Below, piece by piece: positions 36,637 through 44,172 of a stretch of 64,000 bases of DNA. Below the pieces are notes generated by a model, which saw only the letters and a program-made list of their open reading frames with translations, did no database searches and had not been told where the DNA came from. Each line of letters opens with the position of its first letter. Positions within the stretch are counted from its first letter, which is position 1. The translations under genes and the position numbers were made by a program. The DNA is from a virus, in the IMG/VR virus record IMGVR_UViG_3300010373_000007, positions 1 through 64,000 of that record. The stretch is one strand, 5' to 3'.

Positions 36637-36637
36637 C

Positions 36638-36853
36638 TCATCCCTCCTTCCTCTCAGTAGTAGACGCAGGGGTGCCCGCTGGACGATGAACCGGGCATAG
36701 AACCTCTCCCGGTCGCTTCGTCGCGGGGGTCGTCATCCACGTCATCCATCCCTCTGATTCAGCTCGCGCCATGTCCGTCGAGGCTGAGCACAGAACCTGT
36801 CGCGCGAATCGATCGACGTAGGCGGTACATTTGAGCGGCCAAGGTTCACCCAC
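36638..36853 (-). CDS. small hypothetical protein
   Basis: 71 aa, tightly packed between neighbours. Confidence 0.4.
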   Translation of the reverse strand: MGEPWPLKCTAYVDRFARQVLCSASTDMARAESEGWMTWMTTPATKRPGEVLCPVHRPAGTPASTTERKEG

Positions 36854-37244
36854 GGTTCACGTCCTTCCTCTCGGCCGTAGACACAGGGGTGCCGAAGAGC
36901 AGGCCCTCCAAGCCCTGTAGCGCTTCGTCGATTATCCTGCTTCGGGCGCCAAGCGACAGTTCGGGCAACTCGTTCTCCAGCGCGTCGTCGAGCGCCTCGA
37001 CCGCCTCATGGGATTCGGCCAGCCCCTCTCGGTTCCCCGCTGCGGCCAGGGCACGGCGAGCGATGGCCCCGCGGCAATCCCCCTCCTCGCTCCAGTTCGG
37101 CTCCGCGTCGCAGTATTCGACCCAGCGGAGACAGGCGGGGCAGCACCTACGGCCGCCATACTCGTCGTCGAAGCCGCACGCCTCCAGCGCACCAATGAGC
37201 CCCTGAACGAAGTCACGGGAGGAGATCATACGAACATCCGGCAT
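36846..37244 (-). CDS. Cys-rich hypothetical protein
   Basis: 132 aa. CGFDDEYGGRRCCPACLRWVEYC..C. Confidence 0.5.
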   Translation of the reverse strand: MPDVRMISSRDFVQGLIGALEACGFDDEYGGRRCCPACLRWVEYCDAEPNWSEEGDCRGAIARRALAAAGNREGLAESHEAVEALDDALENELPELSLGARSRIIDEALQGLEGLLFGTPVSTAERKDVNRG

Positions 37245-37501
37245 GGCGCCTTCTCCTCTCCGTCGATGTTGTGCTCCAGCTCCAGGTAGCTACAGGACCG
37301 GCACGCGCGCCCGAAGCTGCGGATCATTTCTGTGGCCTCGCGCCGGAAAACCTCGCCGGAGCCGTACGACCACGTAGCCGCCAGAACTGCCTGCCGACCG
37401 CGTCTGGGGTCCCAGTTGACCGATTGGAATCCGTCGGTGCTGGTCCAGGCTCGATAGGTCCCGTTCGGCTGCCGCTCAAACGTAATCCTGGCTTCAGCCA
37501 T
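37226..37501 (-). CDS. hypothetical protein
   Basis: 91 aa (MAEARITFERQPNGTYRAW..). C-terminal CRSCSY..C. Confidence 0.5.
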   Translation of the reverse strand: MAEARITFERQPNGTYRAWTSTDGFQSVNWDPRRGRQAVLAATWSYGSGEVFRREATEMIRSFGRACRSCSYLELEHNIDGEEKAPCRMFV

Positions 37502-38090
37502 TGCGTCCCTCCCCGAGGTACTCGCGCTCGGCCGCCTTGAGCCCCGTCAGTATCTCCTCGCCGGTGTACTGCACGTTCGAGTAGAACTTCCACTTCACCC
37601 GCTCCAGTACTTCCCGTACAAGGCGTTCCCCGTGGCACACGATGAACTCACGCACTTCATGAGCCGGATAGACGCCCTCTGGCCGCAGCCCCACCTCGCC
37701 TGCCAGCTCCCTCGCCCGTGAGACTGGAGCGGGAGCGGGTTCGGGCTTGAGGCGGAAGTCCCAGGCGCCGCGAGAGATGTCCTTCGGCGAAAAGGCGTCG
37801 AAGTCATTCATGTCGACCCACGTCCCGCCAGTGGCCACGTAACGGCATTCCACCTTGCGCCCGGCAGCGATGTCCTCGCACGCCTGCAAGAATTTCGCAC
37901 GCGTCAGCTCCCCGTCCGCCTTGGCTGGGTGCAGGGAGCCATTTGGATTCCGAACGCATCCGCTTTGGCAAAGACATGGCAGCACACCTTCCTCTGTCTG
38001 AAAACATTTCAGGCCACGTCCGCACATCCAGCCGTGCTTGGCATGGGTTCGGATTTCCCCGCACCACTTCTCGCACACCTTCGTCTCCAT
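37494..38090 (-). CDS. Cys-rich hypothetical protein
   Basis: 198 aa. The N-terminal 45 aa hold 8 Cys (CEKWCGE..CGRGLKC..CLCQSGC). The start is preceded by the 16-nt box GGGTAGGACCCCATGG shared with the MazG-like gene. Confidence 0.55.
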   Translation of the reverse strand: METKVCEKWCGEIRTHAKHGWMCGRGLKCFQTEEGVLPCLCQSGCVRNPNGSLHPAKADGELTRAKFLQACEDIAAGRKVECRYVATGGTWVDMNDFDAFSPKDISRGAWDFRLKPEPAPAPVSRARELAGEVGLRPEGVYPAHEVREFIVCHGERLVREVLERVKWKFYSNVQYTGEEILTGLKAAEREYLGEGRNG

Positions 38091-38096
38091 GGGGTC

Positions 38097-38504
38097 CTAC
38101 CCGACGCGAACGGTGATTTTCGATCCGGCCCGCTCGCTCACCATGTTGAAGGTCTTACCGAGCAGGGTCTCCAGGTCCATGCACCCAACGTTGCTGGCCA
38201 CGAGGGACAGGTACGTCATGGCGTCCGCGACCGCGTCGAGCACGTCGTCGTTCGTCAGGTGCGCCTTGCGCTTCTTCTCGCCGGTCACGCCGAGCACCGC
38301 CGCCGCCAGCTCGCCGACCTCCTCTTGCACGCACGCCACTAGCGCCATCAGCGGGTGAGGCGGCGCGAACGCTTCCCGCTGGCGCTCGTAGTTTGCGCGG
38401 TGAAACTCGTTGAGGTGAAACTCTCTCTGGCATCCGTAACCCATCTCGGCCTCCTTTGCTTTCTGTCCAACAATCGCGTTCCAACCTCGTTCGTCGCCGC
38501 CCAT
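38097..38504 (-). CDS. MazG-like nucleotide pyrophosphohydrolase
   Basis: 135 aa. VQEEVGELAAAVLG and DVLDAVADAMTYLSLVA are the EExxE / D..D helices of all-alpha NTP-PPases. SD GGGAGGG. Confidence 0.7.
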   Translation of the reverse strand: MGGDERGWNAIVGQKAKEAEMGYGCQREFHLNEFHRANYERQREAFAPPHPLMALVACVQEEVGELAAAVLGVTGEKKRKAHLTNDDVLDAVADAMTYLSLVASNVGCMDLETLLGKTFNMVSERAGSKITVRVG

Positions 38505-38545
38505 GGGGTCCTACCCTCCCTTCCTAGTCGTTGGGTCTGTCGTGG

Positions 38546-39412
38546 TCATGGGTTCACGGGGGTCCCGGCACACCGCTTGATGTCCTCCAGGGCGGCGGTG
38601 TTTGTGGCGTAGAAGTGCGGGGCGCGACCGGTGGAGGCTAGGTAGATCATCCGCCCCGCAACGGCCGAGTCGTACTTGACCTCCAGTTCATAGCCGGGCT
38701 TCCCCGCGAGATGAATCGCCCACCCGGCGCGGCAATGGGTCGTTTCGCAGGAGTGCCAGTTGCCCATCTCCAGCTTGCCTTCACCGGACTCGATGACCGC
38801 TAGGATCTTCGCGTCGAGCGCTTCGACCACGGGAACGTCTGGGTGTTTCTCGCGGTAGCGCCTTGCCCGCTCCGCCGCCGTCCTGGCGCGGTTCGCCTCC
38901 CATTCTTCGCGGGTCTTCCGGGGCTGCGGCGCGCGGGCCAGGTCCGCGCCGGCCAGGTCCGCGCCGGCCAGGTACGCGTCGGCCAGGTCCGCGCGGGCCA
39001 GGTCCGCGCCGGCCAGGTCCGCGCCGGCCAGGTACGCGTCGGCCAGGTCCGCGCGGGCCAGGTTCGCGCCGGCCAGGTCCGCGCGGGCCAGGTTCGCGCC
39101 GGCCAGGTTCGCGCCGGCCAGGTCCGCGCCGGCCAGGTACGCGTCGGCCAGGTCCGCGTCGGCCAGGTTCGCGCCGACCAGGTCCGCGCCGGCCAGGTAC
39201 GCGTCGGCCAGGTCCGCGCGGGCCAGGTTCGCGCGGGCCAGGTCCGCGCCGGCCAGGTCCGCGCCGGCCAGGTACGCGTCGGCCAGGTCCGCGCGGGCCA
39301 GGTTCGCGCCGGCCAGGTCCGCGCGGGCGCCAGATCGGCCACCGCTCGCCCGCCACTCCTTGTGCGCGGCCAGAATCTTCGTTAGTTGGTCCTTGCTAAT
39401 GGTCATCATCAC
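38546..39412 (-). CDS. pentapeptide-repeat protein with a Cys/His C-terminal domain
   Basis: 288 aa. About 28 consecutive A(D/N/Y)LxG/R/D pentapeptides (ADLAGANLARADLADAYLAG..), then NWHSCETTHCRAGWAIHLAG..HFYATNTAALEDIKRCA. SD AAGGAGGAG. Confidence 0.85.
   Translation of the reverse strand: MMMTISKDQLTKILAAHKEWRASGGRSGARADLAGANLARADLADAYLAGADLAGADLARANLARADLADAYLAGADLVGANLADADLADAYLAGADLAGANLAGANLARADLAGANLARADLADAYLAGADLAGADLARADLADAYLAGADLAGADLARAPQPRKTREEWEANRARTAAERARRYREKHPDVPVVEALDAKILAVIESGEGKLEMGNWHSCETTHCRAGWAIHLAGKPGYELEVKYDSAVAGRMIYLASTGRAPHFYATNTAALEDIKRCAGTPVNP
38936..39325 (-). repeat. 26 tandem 15-bp units (GGCCAGGTCCGCGCC and variants) with higher-order 60-bp identity
   Basis: The 60-mers at 38941..39000, 39001..39060 and 39241..39300 are identical in the printed sequence. 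The array is the coding DNA of the pentapeptide repeats and opens ORFs in all six frames. Confidence 0.9.
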
Positions 39413-39490
39413 TCTCCTCCTTGCTTGCGTCTCAGCGGGGCGTCCATGGTCCGCGCGGGTTGATAGGTAATCGCTGCGCGCGGGGTGCTA

Positions 39491-39826
39491 CTAGACGCGC
39501 GGCGGCTCGAACCAGCAGCCCGCCTTGTCGGTGGAGTCGGCGATGACCTGGCCGCGCGAGGTGGCCCAGTATTCGTCCGAGCCGTCGAGGAACACGCGCA
39601 GGTTCGACGTGCCGACGTCGCTGGGCTGGAACACCCGCACGATCATCGCGGGGTAGACGTCGCCGGCCGCGACCGGGTTGCCGATGTGCGCCTGCGCTCC
39701 GATGGGCCACCGACCGGCCTCGATGCGCTGGGCGATGGCGACTTCGGTGGTGCGGCGGCGCGTGATTTCGGCGGCGTCCTGCTCGGTCAGCATGTAGTGA
39801 ACGATTCTTCCCGGCGATGGCGTCAT
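39491..39826 (-). CDS. hypothetical protein
   Basis: 111 aa (MTPSPGRIVHYMLTEQDAAEI..). SD AAAGGA. First gene after a 311-bp non-coding gap. Confidence 0.6.
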   Translation of the reverse strand: MTPSPGRIVHYMLTEQDAAEITRRRTTEVAIAQRIEAGRWPIGAQAHIGNPVAAGDVYPAMIVRVFQPSDVGTSNLRVFLDGSDEYWATSRGQVIADSTDKAGCWFEPPRV

Positions 39827-39973
39827 GGTCTGTCCTTTCTGTTCTTGGGCGTGTTGGCTGGGTTAGGCACCGAAATCCGTTTCAGTCCCCCGCTTGCGTC
39901 TCATACGGGGGTCTCCGTGTGCTGCCGTTGTCACGATCCTAGGTTACGCCGGCGGCGCAGCGGAGCGAGGACA

Positions 39974-40009
39974 GGCGACCGCCCTAGATCCGGGTTCCAC
40001 GCGGTCGCC
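39974..40009 (-). other. GC-rich hairpin in the 311-bp intergenic gap (transcription-unit boundary?)
   Basis: GGCGACCGC (39974..39982) and GCGGTCGCC (40001..40009) form a 9-bp inverted repeat with an 18-nt loop. No U-tract follows. Confidence 0.3.
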
Positions 40010-40137
40010 CACAAGGTGGGGCAGGCGCGTCAGGTAGGCCGGCCAGTCACGGAGCCTGCACGCCTTCCCCGGAGCGGCACCACACTACTCGCACGGCTCA
40101 TCATCCCGGCGCCGGCGGACGTTCACGACGTCCTTGT

Positions 40138-40620
40138 TCACTGCGTCCCTGTAGCGGCGAGTTGCTCGACCATGACGTTGACGGCGGAAAACCGCGCCGT
40201 GCCGCGCGCTGGCCCCAGGAAATGGAGCACTTCGATCGCCTCGATGATCCGCCCCATCCCAGACCGCGCGTAGAGGGCTGCCTCCCCGGCGATGGCTGAG
40301 AGGAGCTGGCCACGCTGGGCCCGGCAGTCGGCGGGGAGCTTCTCGTGCCCCAGGACGAGGAGGCGGTGCCCAGAGCGCGCCTCGGTGTAGAGCCGACCAA
40401 CGGCGGCCAAGTCGGGCGAGGGGCCGAGGTCGGCGCGGCGCTCGTACCCGACGCCCCGGACGCCCAGGAGCGTCTCCAGGCGCTCGGCGCCGAATCCGGG
40501 GGTGCGGACCTGCTTCGGGCGGAGGTCGACGACCCGGGAGACGCGGTGGCGCGTGACGAGGCGCAGGAGGTTGTCCGTGGTCGAGCCCTCGCAGCCCCAG
40601 GATAGGATCGCTCCGGTCAT
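40138..40620 (-). CDS. DUF488-like protein
   Basis: Start at M28 (ATGA overlap). ILSWGCEGSTTDNLLRLVTRHRVSRVVDLRPKQVRTPGFGAERLETLLGVRGVGYERRADLG fits the DUF488 pattern (tiGhs..f..ll....i..lvDvR..P.s). Confidence 0.6.
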   Translation of the reverse strand: MTGAILSWGCEGSTTDNLLRLVTRHRVSRVVDLRPKQVRTPGFGAERLETLLGVRGVGYERRADLGPSPDLAAVGRLYTEARSGHRLLVLGHEKLPADCRAQRGQLLSAIAGEAALYARSGMGRIIEAIEVLHFLGPARGTARFSAVNVMVEQLAATGTQ

Positions 40621-41198
40621 GCCTTCGGCGCCCTCCGGGCCGTTTCCTCGCGCTGCGCCTGGGCGATGAAATTCAGGACGCCTTTGTCCTCCTCGGGCCA
40701 TGCGGTCGGGAGCGGCGTCCCGTCGGTCTTGAAGAACGCGAACAGCGAGGCGAGGTCGCTCATCTCGCAGAGGACGTCCTCGGCCTCATGCGTGAAGGGG
40801 ATCGACGAGACGAGCCGGAAGATGCCGTGGGGGTCCGATCCATCGACATCGAAGACCGCGATCGCGTCCTGGATGAGGTTCGTCGGGCACTGATGGGAGT
40901 GGATGAAGTAATCGTCGTGGTCGCTTGGCGTCGCGGAGCTGTACTGGTTCCGCAAGACGAAATAGACATCGCCGATCCGGACGAGGTAGAGGCGCCCCTT
41001 CCGCTCTCTGGTCGAGAAGGTCACGTCGGCGCCGTCCGCCGTCACGGTCCCGCGGACCTCCTGGTTGCAGTCGGTATTTCGACACGACCACGGACCGAAG
41101 GGGGAGCCCAGCTTCAGGTGGTCGATCGACCCGAAGTGACCACCGCACGCTTCGCACGCGATCCGATGTATCACCTGGATCTTCGCCGCGATAGTCAT
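40617..41198 (-). CDS. zinc-ribbon hypothetical protein
   Basis: Start at M29 (ATGA overlap). 193 aa. CEACGGHF..CRNTDC at the N-terminus. Confidence 0.6.
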   Translation of the reverse strand: MTIAAKIQVIHRIACEACGGHFGSIDHLKLGSPFGPWSCRNTDCNQEVRGTVTADGADVTFSTRERKGRLYLVRIGDVYFVLRNQYSSATPSDHDDYFIHSHQCPTNLIQDAIAVFDVDGSDPHGIFRLVSSIPFTHEAEDVLCEMSDLASLFAFFKTDGTPLPTAWPEEDKGVLNFIAQAQREETARRAPKA

Positions 41199-41395
41199 CC
41201 GCGCGCCTTTACCCGGCCGACGATGTTCCGCGGACCAGCGGCCGCGCGCCCGGCCTTCACGCGGTCGTCCAGGTCGGCGCACATCTCTGCCTCGCGGGCC
41301 GCGTCCCGCCAGCGCCCGGTCGCCACCGCAAGCTTGAGGCGTGTCTCGGCGGTGCTCCTCGCGACCCTGAACTTCGTCTCCTCATCGTCGGACAC
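41195..41395 (-). CDS. small hypothetical protein
   Basis: GTG 41395 (V70 of the track ORF), overlapping the glycosyltransferase 3' end by 14 nt. 66 aa (VSDDEETKFRVARSTAETRLKLAV..). Confidence 0.4.
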   Translation of the reverse strand: MSDDEETKFRVARSTAETRLKLAVATGRWRDAAREAEMCADLDDRVKAGRAAAGPRNIVGRVKARG

Positions 41396-42272
41396 GGCGG
41401 ACCTCCTCGATGTACGGATCGTACAGCGGCCCCTTGGCGGCGCCAGGGACGGCGTAGCTCGCATCGGCGTACTGGATGACCTCCCCGGCGTCGTCGAGCT
41501 TGAGCGACGAGTAGTGGTAGAGGACCACGTCGCAGAACGTCCACGGCGGGCCGCGCCGGAAGATGCGGGGCGGATCGCCGGGCTCGGCCGCCAGGATCCC
41601 ATCGCACGAGGCGCGGAGGTTCCAGGGCGCGAGGTTGACGCCGGGATTCTTGATGACGTGCGCCGGGATGATCTCGTCGATCAGCGCCAGCCAACCCTGG
41701 TCCCCGAAGATCACGCGCCCGTCGAGCAGCTCCAGGAACCCCTGGTAGGCCCACTGCTCGGCGTGGTTTGCCATGAAGATCGCCGGCGCGGGGTCGCGGA
41801 ACCACGCCCAGCCGCCGTTGAAGCGCCCGAACTTCCCGTGGCTCTCCTGCGTCACGCCCTGGAGCCCGCGCGCGGCCGGCGCGAAGCGGTGCTCCGTCAG
41901 GGCCCAGGGCGCGGGAGACACCTCCAGCTCTTGCCAGAGGGCCTCCGGCGACGACCAGAACCACATGTCCCCGTCGATCGCCATGATCTGACCGTGCGCA
42001 GAGGCGAGGTCGGCGAACCAGCGCCAGCGCACCGAGCAGTTGTACTCGTTCGGGTTGCGCGGGCGCCCAGGCAGCCGCGCGAGGTGCGGGTACCTGGCGA
42101 CGAGGTCCGACCCGCGCGTGAAGATCAGCTGGCGATCCTCGGCGGTGATGTCGGCGATCGGCTCGTAGTCGGTCGCCAGGACGTGCAGCGCGAACGGGCG
42201 GCAGTGCCGCTTCATCGACTCGTAGAGGACGCATGCCTGCCAGGCCGGGGCGGCGGTGGCGTAGTGCCTCAC
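41382..42272 (-). CDS. GT-A fold glycosyltransferase (GT8-like)
   Basis: 296 aa, GTG start with GTGA overlap. LHVLATDYEP, DxD-type AIDGDMWFW, GWAWFRD, DQGWLALIDE. No TM segment or signal peptide. Confidence 0.7.
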   Translation of the reverse strand: MRHYATAAPAWQACVLYESMKRHCRPFALHVLATDYEPIADITAEDRQLIFTRGSDLVARYPHLARLPGRPRNPNEYNCSVRWRWFADLASAHGQIMAIDGDMWFWSSPEALWQELEVSPAPWALTEHRFAPAARGLQGVTQESHGKFGRFNGGWAWFRDPAPAIFMANHAEQWAYQGFLELLDGRVIFGDQGWLALIDEIIPAHVIKNPGVNLAPWNLRASCDGILAAEPGDPPRIFRRGPPWTFCDVVLYHYSSLKLDDAGEVIQYADASYAVPGAAKGPLYDPYIEEVRRVRR

Positions 42273-42520
42273 GGCGAGAACCCCGCGCGCGCGTTCGCGG
42301 CCTTGGCCCGATCGTTCCTCGGCTCCGTGCTCCAGATGCCGTGGGCGGGGGCGAGCCGCGGGAAGGGAACGACCTCGTCGGCCTCACGCATCGCCAGGAT
42401 GTCCTCCAGGTCGCGCGCGCCGTTATGCTCCGCGTCCCGGTGCAGGATCAGGCAGAACTCCGCGCCGCCGGGTCCGAGGAACTCGGCGGGAAAGTCCGCC
42501 CCGCACACGCCGCATGTCAC
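42269..42520 (-). CDS. small hypothetical protein
   Basis: 83 aa (MTCGVCGADFPAEF..), coupled on both sides. Confidence 0.45.
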   Translation of the reverse strand: MTCGVCGADFPAEFLGPGGAEFCLILHRDAEHNGARDLEDILAMREADEVVPFPRLAPAHGIWSTEPRNDRAKAANARAGFSP

Positions 42521-43395
42521 GGCGCGCGCCGCTCCTGCTCGTTCAGCCAGTCGATGTCGGTTTGGCCCATGGCCTGGACGTTGGCGAGGTAGGCCGACGT
42601 CTGCTTACGCTCCTCGAAGTCCGCCTCCTTCGAGTAGGAGATGTGCAGCGACCGCTCGCGGCTCCAGCCGGTGCAGGACTGAGCCGCCCAGGCGAAGGCG
42701 GAGTCGTCCTTCGTCCCCGTCAGCCAGGCGACCTCGCGCGACATCGGCCCGAGCTGCTCCGCGGTCCACCCGCGCGACCCCCAGATGTTCGCGATCAGCT
42801 TGGTCGGGCGCGCCGCCGCCAGGTACGCATCGCGGTGGTAGAGGTCCCACGCCTGCTCGGGGGGCGTCACCTGGACCGATGGGTGGTCGATCCACCAGGG
42901 GACCTGGAGAACCATCGATCCATTTATGTGCGGCCGACCGCCCATGTAGGGACCCGTCACGGACTTGCCGGCGGCGATCGTCCGCTCGTGCTCCTCCAGC
43001 AGCCGGTCCAGCCAATCGGCGCGCAGCGGGCACCCGTCGGCCTCGGCAAGGAACACGGCGGAGCGCGCGAAGCCGTCCCGCCAGAGCCCCGCCAGGTGGT
43101 CGAGCGTCCCGCCGGCCAGGGCGTTGCAGCCGGCGGGGTGGCCCTCTCCATCCCGGGCCGAGCGCGCGACCATCACCGGGAAGCGCTTGGACAGCTTCTC
43201 GACCGCGTCGGGGAACGCGATTTCCGCGCGCGTCGTGTCCTTGCGGCAGATCAGGAGCATCGTGACGTCGCCGCGCGGGCGCGGCTCGATCGCCGCCAGC
43301 AGCCGTGCCAGCCGGAGCGCCTTGGCCTGGTCCCCGGCCCAGAACTGGATCGCGACGACGAGGCCCTTGGGTCCGGCAGGCAGGCGGAGGCCCAT
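42517..43395 (-). CDS. second glycosyltransferase-like (GT-A-like) protein, tentative
   Basis: 292 aa. VAIQFWAGDQAKAL, EGHPAGCNALAGG, FLAEADGCPLRADWLDRLLEE (ExD-like). Family not recognised with certainty. Confidence 0.5.
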   Translation of the reverse strand: MGLRLPAGPKGLVVAIQFWAGDQAKALRLARLLAAIEPRPRGDVTMLLICRKDTTRAEIAFPDAVEKLSKRFPVMVARSARDGEGHPAGCNALAGGTLDHLAGLWRDGFARSAVFLAEADGCPLRADWLDRLLEEHERTIAAGKSVTGPYMGGRPHINGSMVLQVPWWIDHPSVQVTPPEQAWDLYHRDAYLAAARPTKLIANIWGSRGWTAEQLGPMSREVAWLTGTKDDSAFAWAAQSCTGWSRERSLHISYSKEADFEERKQTSAYLANVQAMGQTDIDWLNEQERRAP

Positions 43396-43766
43396 CAGTC
43401 CACCATCTCCTCGGGAATCTCGACCTCCTTGATGGTCCCCTCCATCGGGTCATTCTCCAGGCCAAGTTCGACGAGCCGCTGGGTTGCCTGATGGGCGTGC
43501 TCGAAATCCTCGCGGAACGGGATGCCCTTCAGCTTCCCCTCGATCCGGTGGCGCTTGACCATCTTCGGCGGCGCAGGGACGAGAACCGTCATTCCCCAAT
43601 CGGTCTTGCGGGCGACGAGCCTGCCGCCCTTGCCGTCGGTGATGATGACGCCGGTTACGTTGCCATCCGTCTTCTCCAACTCGACGCTCACCCCGGCGAG
43701 CGAGACGTCCGACAGGTTCTTCACGGTCTTCATGTTCATGGCTGGGTTTCCCTCCGCCACGAACAT
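43395..43766 (-). CDS. hypothetical protein (first gene of the coupled operon)
   Basis: 123-aa ORF. 1-nt stop/start overlap with the next gene. Confidence 0.55.
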   Translation of the reverse strand: MFVAEGNPAMNMKTVKNLSDVSLAGVSVELEKTDGNVTGVIITDGKGGRLVARKTDWGMTVLVPAPPKMVKRHRIEGKLKGIPFREDFEHAHQATQRLVELGLENDPMEGTIKEVEIPEEMVD

Positions 43767-43779
43767 TACGCCGCCCCGG

Positions 43780-44139
43780 TCACGGGACCTGCGGGTTCAG
43801 CCGGATCAGCAGCGAGCGGTCCGGCGGCCAGGTAATCCGCTCGCCCCCCGCCGGCTGCTGGATGAGGAAGTTCCCCTGGTAGTCGCCCGGTACCTGGGGC
43901 GAGCCGAGGTCGGTCGCGCGCCAGAGGTACTGAGCCTTGGTCTGGGGTGTCGTCCCCGCCACCGACCCGACCAGGTCGACCGCCGCTACCGTCTCGTTCA
44001 GGGGCCCGACGTGGAGCGTGACGGTCGCCCCCGTGATGTCGATATAGGACCCGAAGGCATCGGTGACCGTGAAGGCCATGGGGACGTTGTCGTCGCCCAC
44101 CCAGAACTCGAAGTCGGGGACGGGGTCGTTCTCGCTCAT
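43780..44139 (-). CDS. hypothetical Ig-like (BppU-N-like?) protein
   Basis: 119 aa (FEFWVGDDNVPMAFTVTDAFGSYIDITGATVTLHV). TACCATC box 6 nt upstream of the ATG. Confidence 0.55.
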   Translation of the reverse strand: MSENDPVPDFEFWVGDDNVPMAFTVTDAFGSYIDITGATVTLHVGPLNETVAAVDLVGSVAGTTPQTKAQYLWRATDLGSPQVPGDYQGNFLIQQPAGGERITWPPDRSLLIRLNPQVP

Positions 44140-44172
44140 GGGGCGATGGTACCACCGCCTGGGTCAGCGGGC

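Noticed and set aside
38936-39325. Regular 15-bp repeat array that superficially resembles a CRISPR or minisatellite locus and opens 180-190-aa ORFs in all six frames.
   Set aside because: There are no spacers: units are contiguous and 15 bp long. The array lies entirely inside a well-supported ORF with an SD and an N-terminal non-repeat region, and it translates to canonical pentapeptide repeats. The other five frames give Arg/Pro/Gly/Trp nonsense.
39827-40137. The 311-bp non-coding gap as a possible tRNA or small RNA gene.
   Set aside because: I found no cloverleaf-compatible arms or a GTTCGAATC-type T-loop on either strand, only a GC hairpin and the GGCGTAACCT box. I treat it as a transcription-unit boundary or promoter region. 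A covariance-model scan (tRNAscan-SE, Infernal) would be decisive.
40788-43265. Very long alternative-frame or opposite-strand ORFs: 40788..43265 (+, 825 aa), 7809..9911 (-, 700 aa), 25528..27348 (+, 606 aa), 29115..30884 (+, 589 aa), 62180..63961 (-, 593 aa), 47937..49382 (-, 481 aa) and many others.
   Set aside because: Their translations are dominated by Arg/Gly/Pro/Ala/Asp runs typical of off-frame reading in high-GC DNA. They carry no recognisable motifs. They are fully overlapped by ORFs with clear family signatures and coupled start/stop architecture.
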